Under the pieces are notes generated by a model. The model was given only the letters and a program-made list of their open reading frames with translations, made no database searches and was not told where the DNA came from. Positions 42,258-53,382 of a stretch of 64,000 nt of DNA are shown here, one piece after another (the stretch's first letter is position 1; each line of letters starts with the position of its first letter). The position numbers and the translations under genes are program-made. This stretch comes from Chamaesiphon sp. GTDB lineage: Bacteria; Cyanobacteriota; Cyanobacteriia; Cyanobacteriales; Chamaesiphonaceae. The stretch is taken from the NCBI GenBank assembly GCA_965246715.1, contig CBDFFH010000029.1, positions 32,001-96,000 of the forward strand, written 5' to 3'.

Positions 42258-43241
42258 ATGTCCTCTTCTCAAGACCTATTTAGTACGACAGTTACTAAAA
42301 ATCGTCTATCCAAGCAAAATCGACCCTCAAAGACAGATTTAGCCGATCGACTCTTTCGCAGTCTGATGTATATTTCTGGTGGGGTCTCGGTAGCGATCCT
42401 GCTGCTGATGGGTTGGAAGATAACCCAGCTCTCACTCCCAGCCATCCAAAAATTTGGGCTGGGATTTTTGACGACCAAGGAATGGGATCTCCAGTCGCTG
42501 ACATTTGGTGCGTTGCCATTGATATATGGCACGATTGGCAGTAGTGCGATCGCGTTATTAATCGCCATCCCGGTTGGCTTGGCAGTAGCGATCCTGACGA
42601 GTGAAGACTTATTACCACAACGATTGCGAACTATCGTCGCCTTCACGATCGAATTAATTGCGGCGATCCCTAGTGTGATTTTTGGGTTATGGGGATTTTA
42701 TACACTCGTACCGATATTACAACCCCTGCAAAGTTTTCTCCACGCTAAATTTGGCTGGATTCCACTATTTAGCACTGAGCCATCGGGATTTGGTTTATTT
42801 ACTGCTGGAACTTTACTAGCAATCATGATTTTGCCGACCCTAGCTGCGGTCAGTCGCGAAGTATTGCTCGTCGTTCCAGGTTATCTGCGAACTGGTTCGA
42901 TGGCGTTAGGTGGTACTAGATGGGAAACGATTTCTAGAGTAATCCTCCCGACCGCCTTCTCCGGAATTATCGGTGCTGTAATGTTGGCACTCGGTCGCGC
43001 GCTAGGCGAGACAATGGCAGTAACGATGGTCATTGGTAATGCTACAACATTGGGGCCATCGATTTTTGAGCCGGCTTATTCGATTCCGGCAATTTTAGCC
43101 AATACTTTTAATGAAGCACAAGATGACGTGCAGATTGGCTCGCTGGCATATTTAGCATTAATACTATTTTTTCTGACATTAGTAGTAAATATTGGGGCAG
43201 TCGGATTGGTAAGATTTGTAGAGGGCGGAGGCAAAAAATAA
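42258..43241 (+). CDS. pstC: Phosphate ABC permease PstC
   Basis: IELIAAIPSVIFGLWG, LGRALGETMAV. Confidence 0.95.
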   Translation: MSSSQDLFSTTVTKNRLSKQNRPSKTDLADRLFRSLMYISGGVSVAILLLMGWKITQLSLPAIQKFGLGFLTTKEWDLQSLTFGALPLIYGTIGSSAIALLIAIPVGLAVAILTSEDLLPQRLRTIVAFTIELIAAIPSVIFGLWGFYTLVPILQPLQSFLHAKFGWIPLFSTEPSGFGLFTAGTLLAIMILPTLAAVSREVLLVVPGYLRTGSMALGGTRWETISRVILPTAFSGIIGAVMLALGRALGETMAVTMVIGNATTLGPSIFEPAYSIPAILANTFNEAQDDVQIGSLAYLALILFFLTLVVNIGAVGLVRFVEGGGKK

Positions 43242-43242
43242 G

Positions 43243-44121
43243 ATGCGCGATTTAAATACACCAACCGTACCTAGTTTGACTACACCTTTATCGGTGGGTC
43301 GCACGTTATTCGATCGTGGGATGACGATCCTCGCTTTTACACTGACCCTCTTCGGTATTCTCCCCTTGATGTCAGTCTTATGGAATATCATCTCCAAAGG
43401 TGCGCCAGGGCTGACAGCGACGATGTTTAGCAAGCCGATTATCGATGATGGGTTTGCCAATGCGATCGTCGGTACGCTAGTGATGGTATTAATCGGATCG
43501 TTGATTAGCATTCCGCTAGGGATTGCTACCGGAATCTATTTATCAGAATACGATCCCAAGGGCAAGCTCAATCGAACGATCAGATTTTTGGTAACGATTC
43601 TGACTGGAGTACCATCGATCGTCGTCGGGATTTTTGTCTATGGTTTCGTCGTGCTGGGAACTAAAGACCTATTTGGTTTTAGTTATAGCGCGTTAGCTGG
43701 TGGGATTAGTTTGGCGGTGATCATGCTGCCGATTATCGCCCTCACTAGCGAGGAAGTACTCAAACTCGTCCCCCCAGCTTATCGATTTGCTTCGCTCGGA
43801 CTAGGTGGAAGCAAGTTTCAAACAATCTGGCGCGTTGTTTTACCCACAGCGTTACCCGCGATTTCTACTGGGGTGTTGTTGGCAGTCTCCCGCGCTACTG
43901 GCGAGACAGCACCATTATTGTTCACTGCTTTGGGTAACCTAGATTGGGCGCAAAATCTCTTTGACAAGACTGCTTCGCTACCAGTACTGATTTACAACCT
44001 CTATAACGATCCCAGTCCAGAGAAAAGTCAGTTGGTTTGGACGGCCTCCCTCCTGTTACTGATTCTAGTGTTGCTGATTAACTTGCCTTCGCGATTGCTC
44101 GCCAATCACAAGAAAAAATAA
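43243..44121 (+). CDS. pstA: Phosphate ABC permease PstA
   Basis: LTGVPSIVVG, SRATGETAPLLFT. Confidence 0.95.
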   Translation: MRDLNTPTVPSLTTPLSVGRTLFDRGMTILAFTLTLFGILPLMSVLWNIISKGAPGLTATMFSKPIIDDGFANAIVGTLVMVLIGSLISIPLGIATGIYLSEYDPKGKLNRTIRFLVTILTGVPSIVVGIFVYGFVVLGTKDLFGFSYSALAGGISLAVIMLPIIALTSEEVLKLVPPAYRFASLGLGGSKFQTIWRVVLPTALPAISTGVLLAVSRATGETAPLLFTALGNLDWAQNLFDKTASLPVLIYNLYNDPSPEKSQLVWTASLLLLILVLLINLPSRLLANHKKK

Positions 44122-44175
44122 ACCTAAATAGCTCAGTGCGAGATCTAAAGCTGTAAATAAATAACTTCTAATTTT

Positions 44176-44997
44176 ATGCAAAATCAATCAACCGATCGGG
44201 TCGAGCGCGACCCCAACCAGCAGTATGAAACGGCCATTCAGGTAAATAACTTGAGCTTTTTCTACGGTGCGGTGCAAGCTCTGCAAAACATCACAATGAC
44301 CATTCTCAAAAACCAAGTGACCTCGATCATCGGGCCATCTGGTTGTGGTAAATCGACTTTTATTAAAGCCCTCAATCGGATTACCGAGCTAGAAACCAAA
44401 GTCAGAACCGAAGGCGAAGTTACCCTCTACGGTCAAAATATCTACGCTCCCCAAATCAATCTCAATCAACTCCGCCGTCAAGTGGGCATGGTGTTTCAAA
44501 AGCCCAATCCGTTCCCGATGAGTATCTATGAAAACGTCGCCTATGGCGTGAAAATCGGCGAAGAAAAGGTTTCGTCAGCAGATCTCGATGGCATCGTCGA
44601 AACTTCACTAAAAGGTGCCGCAATCTGGGATGAAGTCAAAGATAAATTGCATAAATCTGCATTGGGACTATCCGGCGGACAACAGCAACGCTTGTGCATC
44701 GCGCGCGCGTTAGCAGTTAAGCCCAAAGTATTATTAATGGACGAGCCTTGCTCGGCATTAGATCCGATCGCGACGATGAAGATCGAGGACTTGATGCATA
44801 GTTTGCGAAATGAAGTAACGATCGCGATCGTCACACACAATATGCAGCAAGCAGCACGGATCTCCGACTACACTGCATTCTTTACGACTGATGAAAGTCG
44901 GATCGGCCGGATGGTCGAATTTGGCGAAACCAAACAGATCTTTTCGATGCCTGTCGATCGCCGCACGAATGACTACGTATCCGGTCGATTTGGCTAA
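44176..44997 (+). CDS. pstB: Phosphate ABC ATPase PstB
   Basis: [23 protein letters not shown], ends YVSGRFG. Confidence 0.97.
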   Translation: MQNQSTDRVERDPNQQYETAIQVNNLSFFYGAVQALQNITMTILKNQVTSIIGPSGCGKSTFIKALNRITELETKVRTEGEVTLYGQNIYAPQINLNQLRRQVGMVFQKPNPFPMSIYENVAYGVKIGEEKVSSADLDGIVETSLKGAAIWDEVKDKLHKSALGLSGGQQQRLCIARALAVKPKVLLMDEPCSALDPIATMKIEDLMHSLRNEVTIAIVTHNMQQAARISDYTAFFTTDESRIGRMVEFGETKQIFSMPVDRRTNDYVSGRFG

Positions 44998-45039
44998 GAT
45001 TTATTTCATGTGCGGGGGAACACCGTCCAGATCGCGCCA

Positions 45040-45097
45040 CTAAATCCCCCAACTCTGGGGGACTTCAAGCGACTTGCTCCCCCAGAGTTGGGGGTTA
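45040..45097. repeat. Palindromic element after pstB
   Basis: CCCCCAACTCTGGGGGA ... TCCCCCAGAGTTGGGGG inverted pair of hairpins. Confidence 0.7.
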
Positions 45098-45159
45098 GCT
45101 CGATCTATCCAAATCTTATTGGGATCTGTTTTAACGTGAGTTCGGGATAAGGAAAATCG

Positions 45160-45986
45160 GGCGTTGCTGGATTAAGATATGATTTGGCGATCGAGAGGTA
45201 ATCTGTGCCGTCGATCGCCAGAACTAACTGAATTAGGAGTTGGTACTTCACCAAATTTAAGATAATGAATTAACAATCTAATAGAATGCTTTAGCATTTG
45301 TTCGCACTTAGAATAACATAATGTTTTTCTTTTTAATCGAGCTAAGTAATGTCTGAGCCTAGTGTTTTCACCCTCAACTCTTGTCATATAAGTTTTACTC
45401 ACGATTTGGTCACCATCTGGAATAAATATTGGATAGACCCTCCACCCATCCGTCACATAAAAATAACATTTCCATGTACTTACCAAATTCTCCCATAGCG
45501 GTCTAAATGTCTTAGCACTGTGGTCGCCTAATACCCATCCTAAAATACCCATCTGAAAGTGATTTACTGCCGTCCAGAGCCAGATCTTGTTTTTTTTGAG
45601 CCAACAAACGTCTCTAACTCATCCAACTCACCAACTTCTGGTATTTGGTCTGAATTATAGTAATCTGGGAGATTTGCCCCTACTTGCTTCACCCAATCCA
45701 TGACAGTTGTATTATGCACACCCATTACTCTTTCTATTGCTCGAAATCCCATCCCATTAACATACATTGACAAACATTTCTGCTTGATTTGTGGTGAATA
45801 TCCTCTGTGTGCTTCATAACAATCTATAAATTGCCGTCCGCAGTCTTTACAAATATGGTTCTGCTTTCCCTTTATTCGCCCATTTTTATTGATATTGGAC
45901 GATCTACATTCAGGACATTCCATTTAGATATTTGCTCTTGTTACTTCTCTCGATCGCCTTAGATCATATCCTAATCCAGCAACGCC
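45160..45986 (-). mobile_element. Complete IS1-family insertion sequence (827 bp)
   Basis: 24-bp terminal inverted repeats GGCGTTGCTGGATTA(A/G)GATATGAT; 8-bp duplication GAAAATCG. Confidence 0.95.
45172..45923 (-). CDS. IS1 transposase InsAB' (programmed -1 frameshift)
   Basis: InsA zinc ribbon CPEC...CKDC plus HTH (45564-45923); A8C slippery site 45589-45597; -1 frame KKNKIWLWTAV...VTDGW...TRVEGEN. Confidence 0.92.
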
Positions 45987-46210
45987 GAAAATCGATCTGC
46001 TCCGTTCAAGCACCGCCCTGAACTATAAGTTCGGGCTAATAGCAAAAGTTCTCTGAAGAGAACTGCCCAATTGATTAGTTCGTTTCAACGAACTTTTGCT
46101 ATGAGCAACTAATTCATTTGAGGGCGGTTCAGAAACGAAGCTAGGAGTCATTAAGTGGACATCTTTAACCCGAACTCACGTTGTTTTAGTTAAACCAAAC
46201 CCAAACTTTT

Positions 46211-46254
46211 AAAATCGAGCGCCTGTGGAACTAGTTCCACAGGCGCTCGATTTT
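46211..46254. terminator. Perfect 44-bp palindrome, possible pst operon terminator
   Basis: AAAATCGAGCGCCTGTGGAACT|AGTTCCACAGGCGCTCGATTTT. Confidence 0.6.
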
Positions 46255-46859
46255 GTTTTACCACGCTTGTTTTACTCAGAGCTAATCGCGAGCGTTTTAT
46301 CGCATTTTCTATATTCACAACTTGCAGCACAGATTGCAACATTGTCAAAAATATTACTTGCTTTCATTCGCACTGCTCGTCCTGACAAATTAGCGCAAGA
46401 ACACGCTGAATACCTGTCAATAGCCCCTGTAGCTCGATCGAGCTACTGTGGCTCGATGCTACTAACCACTCTCAGCTAACCATCAAAATCTCGATCGGTT
46501 AGGGCTTAATTTCACTGATTTGGCTGTAGATATTTTTAATTTATTGTGAAATTAATGCTATTTTGATGTAGAAAAACCGCTATTTGGCTGAAAAAATTCA
46601 AAAACAATTCAATTTTTCTAATCCTTTTACTGATGCCGATCGAGCATCCATAGCACCGAGTCTGTCTCATTAAAAACGCTAAGCCACATGGCTGAAATAC
46701 ACTCTAGGACGGCTTAGTTCGATCGAAATTTGTAGCAGGTAAGCTACAATCTTTGTAGAAAGACAGTGACTATTGTTTGGCTAGTTATTGGCGATTCATC
46801 TTAAGTGATGAACATAAGTTTCTCGACAACTTTGTATATTTGACTTAGGGAATAATTTA

Positions 46860-47561
46860 ATGATGAATTCAAAACGTTTACTTACAATCTGCGGTTTCGC
46901 GATCGGTGCCGCTGCAATCTCTGCTGTACCTGCTGGAGCAGTATCTTTGAGTGGTGATTTGGGCTTTACTGGTGTTACCGCAAGCTTTGCTCCTTCAGTT
47001 GGATCGACATTAGGAAGTCCTCTTATTGTCAACTTTAATACAACAACAACAACACCAGTAACTCCTTTTAGCTCAACAATTAATAGTGCTTCTGGCTCTT
47101 TTAGTGCATTACCGACCTTTGCTGGTGCAAAACCATTATTTGCTACTGCAGCTCCTCGCCAAGGTACTTTTAGTTTGGTCAGTGGTTCTGGAAACACTGC
47201 AACTTACTCACTTGCCAGCAATTTAGATTTTACTTTTACCAATGGATTGACGCTCACCGTCGGTCAGGGTTCTCTATTTCGTGGAGGTTTAACTGCTGGC
47301 GCAAGTGTTAATAGTGCTAGCTTAGACTTGATTAGCAATGTAAACTCTATCTTCTCTCTAGCTGGTTTTGACCCCACACCAATTCAATCATTAGTTTTTG
47401 GTTTTGGCGACACTACTCAACAAAGTAATGGTCAATACTTGATCTCTGCTTCTAATTTTTCCACTCCTGTTCCCGAACCTTTCACTATCATTGGTACGAT
47501 CGTTGGTGGTACCGCAGCGCTCCGCATGAGAAAGAAACTCGTTGGTGCTGTTAACAAATAG
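46860..47561 (+). CDS. PEP-CTERM sorting domain surface protein
   Basis: Signal peptide; Ser/Thr/Gly-rich; C-terminal VPEPFTIIGTIVGGTAALRMRKK; hairpin near 47585-47621 follows. Confidence 0.92.
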   Translation: MMNSKRLLTICGFAIGAAAISAVPAGAVSLSGDLGFTGVTASFAPSVGSTLGSPLIVNFNTTTTTPVTPFSSTINSASGSFSALPTFAGAKPLFATAAPRQGTFSLVSGSGNTATYSLASNLDFTFTNGLTLTVGQGSLFRGGLTAGASVNSASLDLISNVNSIFSLAGFDPTPIQSLVFGFGDTTQQSNGQYLISASNFSTPVPEPFTIIGTIVGGTAALRMRKKLVGAVNK

Positions 47562-47826
47562 ATTTAGTCCGATCGGATAATTTTAGGGAGAGGGTTAGTG
47601 CTTGCTAATCCTCTCCCTTTTGAGTATGTTCGATCGAGGATTTCTGCGAGATTTGCACGTACCTGTGAATAGGTTATTTCTTGACTAATCATCATTTGTT
47701 CGATCGAATGTACAACTTGACGATCTCAATGGCAAATTTTCGCGCTCTCGATCGAAATAGCCGCAGATCGACTCCAGTAGCGAGTGTTGCGGTAAGCTGT
47801 GTAATGATGATGCAAGGGCTGAAATT

Positions 47827-49062
47827 ATGGCAACTATTAACGACAACTACCTCAAACTCAAAGCTGGATACCTATTTCCTGAAATCGCGCGGCGCGTTAA
47901 TACATTCGCCCAAGTTAATCCCGACGCACCGATTATCCGATTGGGCATCGGTGACGTGACCGAACCCTTGCCCCAGGCTTGTCGCGATGCAATGACTACA
48001 GCGATCGTCGATATGGGCGATCGCAGCTCGTTCAAAGGATACGGCCCCGAACAGGGTTATGCTTGGTTGCGGGAAGCGATCGCGACGAATGACTTTCAAG
48101 CTCGCGGCTGTAACATCGATGCCTCGGAAATATTCATCTCAGATGGCTCTAAATGCGACTGTGGCAACATTCTCGACATCTTTGGACATGACAACACGAT
48201 CGCGGTCACAGACCCCGTATATCCCGTTTACGTCGATACCAATGTCATGGCGGGGAATACTGGCGATGCTAATGACAAAGGTGAATATGGTGGTTTAGTC
48301 TATCTCCCAATTACGGCGGATAATGACTTCACCGCGCAAATTCCTAGCCAGAAAGTTGACCTGATCTATCTCTGCTTCCCCAATAACCCTACAGGTGCGA
48401 CAGCTACTAAAGCGCATCTGCAAGCCTGGGTAGATTACGCCAAAGCGCATGGTTCGATTATCTTCTTCGATGCCGCTTACGAAGCCTTTATCACCGATCG
48501 GAGTTTACCGCGATCGATCTACGAAATTGACGGCGCACGGGATTGTGCGATCGAGTTTCGCTCGTTCTCGAAAAATGCTGGATTTACCGGGACTCGTTGC
48601 GCGCTGACGGTGGTACCCAAGACACTCACAGCCAAAGCCGCCGATGGTAGCGATGTCGAACTCTGGAAATTGTGGAACCGCCGCCAATCTACCAAGTTTA
48701 ACGGTGTCTCCTACATCGTCCAACGCGGTGCGGAAGCTGTCTACTCCCCTGAAGGTAAAGCTCAAGTCACAGCATTGATTGCTTTTTACATGGAAAATGC
48801 GAAGATTATTCGCGATCGACTTACCGCTGCGGGATTGCAAGTATCTGGTGGTGTAAATGCGCCCTATGTGTGGGTGAAGACTCCCGACGGGTTATCGAGT
48901 TGGGATTTCTTCGATAAGTTGCTGACAAACTGCCATGTCGTGGGTACACCTGGTTCGGGTTTTGGTGCTGCGGGTGAAGGTTATTTCCGGATTTCAGCAT
49001 TTAATAGCCGCGAAAATGTCGAAGAAGCAATGAATCGGATTACTGCTAAATTTAAGGGTTAA
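47827..49062 (+). CDS. dapL: LL-diaminopimelate aminotransferase
   Basis: [37 protein letters not shown]. Confidence 0.96.
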   Translation: MATINDNYLKLKAGYLFPEIARRVNTFAQVNPDAPIIRLGIGDVTEPLPQACRDAMTTAIVDMGDRSSFKGYGPEQGYAWLREAIATNDFQARGCNIDASEIFISDGSKCDCGNILDIFGHDNTIAVTDPVYPVYVDTNVMAGNTGDANDKGEYGGLVYLPITADNDFTAQIPSQKVDLIYLCFPNNPTGATATKAHLQAWVDYAKAHGSIIFFDAAYEAFITDRSLPRSIYEIDGARDCAIEFRSFSKNAGFTGTRCALTVVPKTLTAKAADGSDVELWKLWNRRQSTKFNGVSYIVQRGAEAVYSPEGKAQVTALIAFYMENAKIIRDRLTAAGLQVSGGVNAPYVWVKTPDGLSSWDFFDKLLTNCHVVGTPGSGFGAAGEGYFRISAFNSRENVEEAMNRITAKFKG

Positions 49063-49130
49063 TTTTAGTTATTATACCCGGCTTCTTGAAGGAGTCGGGT
49101 ATTTAGGATTAGGAATCGATCGATAACTTA

Positions 49131-49391
49131 ACGTGAGTTCAGGATAAGGAAAATCGATCTGCTTCGCTCAATCACCGCCCTGAACTATAAGTTCGGGCTA
49201 AAAGCAAAAGTTCTCTTCAGAGAACTGCCAAATCAGTCAGTTCGTTTCAACGAACTTTTGCTTTTAGCCCCTGATTGGTGCAACACATGCGGAGGGAACC
49301 TCCGCGTGATTGCATCCGCAAATTCATTTGAGGGCGGTTCAGAAACGAAACTAGGAGTCATTAAGCAAAGATCCTTAACCCGAACTCACGT
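49131..49391. mobile_element. IS982-like MITE type A containing a 48-bp mini-element (49272-49319)
   Basis: ACGTGAGTTCAGGATAAG / CTTAACCCGAACTCACGT; 7-bp duplication TAACTTA. Confidence 0.9.
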
Positions 49392-49395
49392 TAAC

Positions 49396-49929
49396 TTACA
49401 CCTTAGAAATATCGATGCCAGAGAGCTTCCAGGCCAATCCATCGCGCCTTAAGATCAGGCTGACATCTTTCTGGCGATCGACTTTATCTGTAATATGAAC
49501 GACAAATCGATCGATCGACTCATAACCCATTTTAATTTCTGATTCAGCGATATTTTTTTCGAGATTGCTGAGATCGATTTTAGCGCCAGGAACTTTGTCC
49601 TGCATTAACTCTCCCAATCCTTCCGGCGTAACTAGTTTATCCACGAGTGGATCGACCATTTTATCGACTAGTGCCGCATTCATACCTTTAACTGGGGTAG
49701 TTCCAGCGCCAGTCATTTGTTTGATTACTTGAGCTTTGACATTTGCTTTGACACTGGTTCGAAGCGATGGAAAATCAATCTCCTCAGCCAAAGCATCAGC
49801 ATTCCGATTGGTGGTTGCTTTCTTCATATTATCGAGGGCAAAATACGGCGAAGCATAAGCTCCAACACCCGCGATCGCGGCAATTCCTGTAGCTACAGCA
49901 ACAATAATAATTACTATTTTTTTGTTCAT
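49396..49929 (-). CDS. DUF2939-like protein
   Basis: TM anchor, YASPY, IDFPSLR, LVTPEGL, WKL. Confidence 0.75.
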   Translation of the reverse strand: MNKKIVIIIVAVATGIAAIAGVGAYASPYFALDNMKKATTNRNADALAEEIDFPSLRTSVKANVKAQVIKQMTGAGTTPVKGMNAALVDKMVDPLVDKLVTPEGLGELMQDKVPGAKIDLSNLEKNIAESEIKMGYESIDRFVVHITDKVDRQKDVSLILRRDGLAWKLSGIDISKV

Positions 49930-50138
49930 AGCGTTATCTGTACCGAAAAAACCTTAGATAGATTATACCTAATTGACGGAGCGGTTACGCTGTGGGAAGT
50001 TAGAGAAGGGCAATCGCTCGATTGAGTTAGATTCAACTTTTTTTGCTGCTTAACATTTTTGTGTTCTACCTACAAAAACACCCTAATTGCCCAACATATT
50101 CGATCGGCAATCGCGGCATGAAATTTATAACGATCTTA

Positions 50139-50432
50139 CTAACCACGATGGTCGCGTTCTAGGTCGTAGAGAATTTTTTCCCAATACCATTGCGCTGATT
50201 TACCAGGAGTCCGCTGACGCGCGTTATCTAACAATCGCTCGATTCGCTCCAGATCATTATTCATTAATGCGATCGTCCGGTTCCGCACGCGTGCATCTAC
50301 GCCATCTTGTCTAGTCCAATCAGCAAGAATGTCTTCAATCCGAGATTTAGCGGAGAATTTTTCAAATGCTACATACAGCAGCACCGCACCGATAACAACT
50401 AGCAATACTAACATTCCCGAACTGATTATCAT
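50139..50432 (-). CDS. Small membrane-anchored hypothetical protein
   Basis: TM segment; C-terminus PGKSAQWYWEKILYDLERDH. Confidence 0.7.
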   Translation of the reverse strand: MIISSGMLVLLVVIGAVLLYVAFEKFSAKSRIEDILADWTRQDGVDARVRNRTIALMNNDLERIERLLDNARQRTPGKSAQWYWEKILYDLERDHRG

Positions 50433-50573
50433 CGCATCGCCCAAAACACTACTTCCATGTATTTCAGATTTCTCTAAGGGTAATCCGGATAAAAAATCGA
50501 TCGACTGTGTTACTAGCGATCGCTCCGAAGCACCATTGGAACAAAAATGAATCTGGTTAGTCTTGGTATTTAA

Positions 50574-51047
50574 ATGCTTACCAAATGGTTAGTTAGGATG
50601 AATAGAATTACTCATGTTTGGACTACCACCTTATTACTAACATTGGCTAACGTCGCAGTTGCTACCACTCCTCGTACGCCAATATCAAGCCAAAAAAATC
50701 TCCTCTCCGCTCAGCCGCAAACCATCGTTGCGCCCAAGGGCAAAGAGCTAGTTGCCAAATTTGACTGCCGCTCGCGCGGGCCGAGCATCGGCGAAATCGC
50801 GCTCCAAGCCGATGGAAAATACACTCTAGCCAAACAAGTCAAACACCACACCGTCGCTCAACAGACGGGTAAATATTCCGCGACACCATTGGGATATCGC
50901 TTTACTAATGGCACGTTGAAAGGACAATCGATCGTCAGACAGCAAGGAAATACCTATCTAGTCAGCACTAAAAATGAAGCTAAAGCCGCAGAAGTAGCGG
51001 CTGCTGATGGCGCACTGTTCTGTACTGGCGGGGAAATCAAATATTAA
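50574..51047 (+). CDS. Exported hypothetical protein
   Basis: Signal-like N-terminus, two Cys. Confidence 0.65.
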   Translation: MLTKWLVRMNRITHVWTTTLLLTLANVAVATTPRTPISSQKNLLSAQPQTIVAPKGKELVAKFDCRSRGPSIGEIALQADGKYTLAKQVKHHTVAQQTGKYSATPLGYRFTNGTLKGQSIVRQQGNTYLVSTKNEAKAAEVAAADGALFCTGGEIKY

Positions 51048-51079
51048 TCACGTTAATTACTGTCGATCGATTATTGAAA

Positions 51080-52318
51080 TTATGTTGTATATTCGGCGTT
51101 GATTTTCACGTAGTCGTAACTGAGATCGCAGCCCCAGGCGACTCCGACACCACTACTATTGCCGACACTGACGGAGATGAGGACGGTATCGGTTTTGAGA
51201 TATTCGCCTTGAGATGCAGCTTTGAGATAGTTACTGGCGGCAACTCGATCGAATGTTAGTGGTTGGCCGAATGCCATTAAGGGAATATCACCTAAGCTTA
51301 CTGCTAAGTTATTTTGGTCGAAGGGGATACCCGCTTTGCCTGCGGCCATCGCAATCCTTCCCCAGTTAGGATCGTGGCCGAAAATTGCGGCTTTGAGCAG
51401 GGATGAGCCAGCAATTTCACGAGCGATTTGGCGAGCTTCTTTATCAGTGAGCGTGCCCGCTACACGGACTTCGATCAGACAGGTGGCACCTTCGCCATCG
51501 CGAGCGATCGATTTTGCTAGATATTGACAGACAGCCGTGAGCATCGCTTCTAATTTATCAGCTTCCGCACCAGAGTGGACGATCGCGGGCGTGCGCGATT
51601 CACCGTTGGCGAGGGCAATTAGCGTGTCATTGGTGCTAGTATCGCCGTCTACAGTGATTTGATTGAAACTCTTATCTGCCGCGCGACCGAGCATTTGCTG
51701 CCACATGGTGGTCGATACTGCGGCATCACAGGTGACAAACGCGAGCAGGGTAGCCATATTCGGGTGAATCATCCCGGAACCTTTAGCCATACCACCCATT
51801 CTGACAGTGCGATCGCCAATGGTAGTTTCTAACGCGATCGATTTACTCACTAAATCCGTCGTCATAATCGCGGTAGCTGCGGTTTCCCCACCTTCATGCG
51901 TAGCTGCAGCCACTAACTGTGGTATTCCGGCGACTAAGGCATCCATTTTGATGCGTTGGCCGATTACTCCAGTCGAGGCCAGTAGGATCGATTCTGGGTC
52001 GATATTGAGGGCACTAGCAAGCGCATTGGCACTAGCAACGGCATCCTCCCAACCGCGTTCGCCCGTCGCGGCGTTTGCTTGTCCGGAATTACAGAGAATG
52101 GCACGAGCGCTAGATTTGACGGCTAGCTGTTGACGGCAATATTCGACACAGGCAGCCCGAACTTGGCTAGTGGTAAAGACTCCAGCCGCGATCGCATCCA
52201 CATCAGAGAGAATAATCGCCAGATCTGGTTTCCCAGATGATTTCAACCCCGCAGTAATCCCCGCCGCTCTAAAGCCTCTCGGTGCCGTGACTCCGCCAGA
52301 AATTTCGTGCCAATCCAT
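51080..52318 (-). CDS. argJ: Bifunctional ornithine acetyltransferase/N-acetylglutamate synthase
   Basis: KGSGMIHPNMAT, DGDTSTND, DGEGAT, INAEYTT. Confidence 0.97.
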   Translation of the reverse strand: MDWHEISGGVTAPRGFRAAGITAGLKSSGKPDLAIILSDVDAIAAGVFTTSQVRAACVEYCRQQLAVKSSARAILCNSGQANAATGERGWEDAVASANALASALNIDPESILLASTGVIGQRIKMDALVAGIPQLVAAATHEGGETAATAIMTTDLVSKSIALETTIGDRTVRMGGMAKGSGMIHPNMATLLAFVTCDAAVSTTMWQQMLGRAADKSFNQITVDGDTSTNDTLIALANGESRTPAIVHSGAEADKLEAMLTAVCQYLAKSIARDGEGATCLIEVRVAGTLTDKEARQIAREIAGSSLLKAAIFGHDPNWGRIAMAAGKAGIPFDQNNLAVSLGDIPLMAFGQPLTFDRVAASNYLKAASQGEYLKTDTVLISVSVGNSSGVGVAWGCDLSYDYVKINAEYTT

Positions 52319-52492
52319 ATCAGTTATCGGTTGTGCGGCTATTTTTATTGCTAACTATCAGAATACTAGAATTGGTGACTGGGTATCAGTTATTTGCGGT
52401 TTACCGATCGGGTAGCTGGTCGATCCGATCGATCGGCGAACTAATACCCCTGTAGACTAGTCACTAATAACTAGTCACTTGCAACTATCTCA

Positions 52493-53344
52493 ATGACCAC
52501 TCCAACATCACTACAGATCTCCAAACCGACGCGCTATCAAAATGCTGCGATCGATTATTACACTGGGCTTACCGGTACATCTTACCTACATTATGGCTAT
52601 TGGCAACCAGTACCAGCTTCGATCGATGATGTGACCTTGCCTCGGATGCGTGTCGCCCAGGAAGCATATGCCACGAAATTACTCGATCTGATTCCTGCTG
52701 GTGTCAGTACGATCCTCGATGTTGGTTGTGGGATCGGTGGTAATGCCAAAACTATGCTCGCGCGCGGCTTTAATGTCGAAGCCTTGGCACCAGATCCGCT
52801 GCAACAACAAAAATTCATTAAATATACAGAAGGAAAGATCCCATTTCATCTGAGTACATTTGAAGATTATCAAACCGATAAAACTTACGACCTAGTCTTA
52901 TTTAGCGAAAGCAGTCAATATATTTCTGTCGATAACTTAGCTGCGGGTACAGCAAGCATCCTCAAGTCTGGCGGCTATTTATTGTTAGCAGATATGATGC
53001 GATCGGATGCCAATTACCAGGAGGGTATTTTCTCAAATTGTCATCTCAAAAGCGAGCTAGAGACAGCATTAATTGCCGCAGGATTTAAGCTAGTCGAGAT
53101 CCAAGATATCTCCGCCGAAATCGCTCCGACGATCGATCTCTGTATCGAAGCTTTTCGCACCTATGGATTGAGTACGATCGAGTATATCTCTGCCCTAGTC
53201 AAGATTGCCGTACCCCCGATTCATGCTTTGGGCAGTTCGGCATTCAAAAAATGGTTATCAAAACCCATCGCTGAAGGTTTATCCGCCCGCACGATTTACG
53301 ATCGACATCTGTGCTACGAGATTCAACTTTGGCAGCTTGGTTAG
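52493..53344 (+). CDS. Class I SAM-dependent methyltransferase
   Basis: YLHYGYW, ILDVGCGIGG, FSESSQY. Confidence 0.85.
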   Translation: MTTPTSLQISKPTRYQNAAIDYYTGLTGTSYLHYGYWQPVPASIDDVTLPRMRVAQEAYATKLLDLIPAGVSTILDVGCGIGGNAKTMLARGFNVEALAPDPLQQQKFIKYTEGKIPFHLSTFEDYQTDKTYDLVLFSESSQYISVDNLAAGTASILKSGGYLLLADMMRSDANYQEGIFSNCHLKSELETALIAAGFKLVEIQDISAEIAPTIDLCIEAFRTYGLSTIEYISALVKIAVPPIHALGSSAFKKWLSKPIAEGLSARTIYDRHLCYEIQLWQLG

Positions 53345-53382
53345 GGAATGTTAATTCTCCGGCTGTGAGCTACAGCTCCCCA

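Larger units (their letters stand above)
45134..46181. mobile_element. IS982-like MITE type A, interrupted by an IS1-family element
   Basis: ACGTGAGTTCGGGATAAG / TTAACCCGAACTCACGT; 7-bp duplication TGTTTTA. Confidence 0.9.

Noticed and set aside
46010..46100. c-di-GMP riboswitch-like words (GCTAA, GCAAA) in MITE cargo
   Set aside because: Order and stems do not fit the aptamer, and copies are not consistently in 5' leaders.
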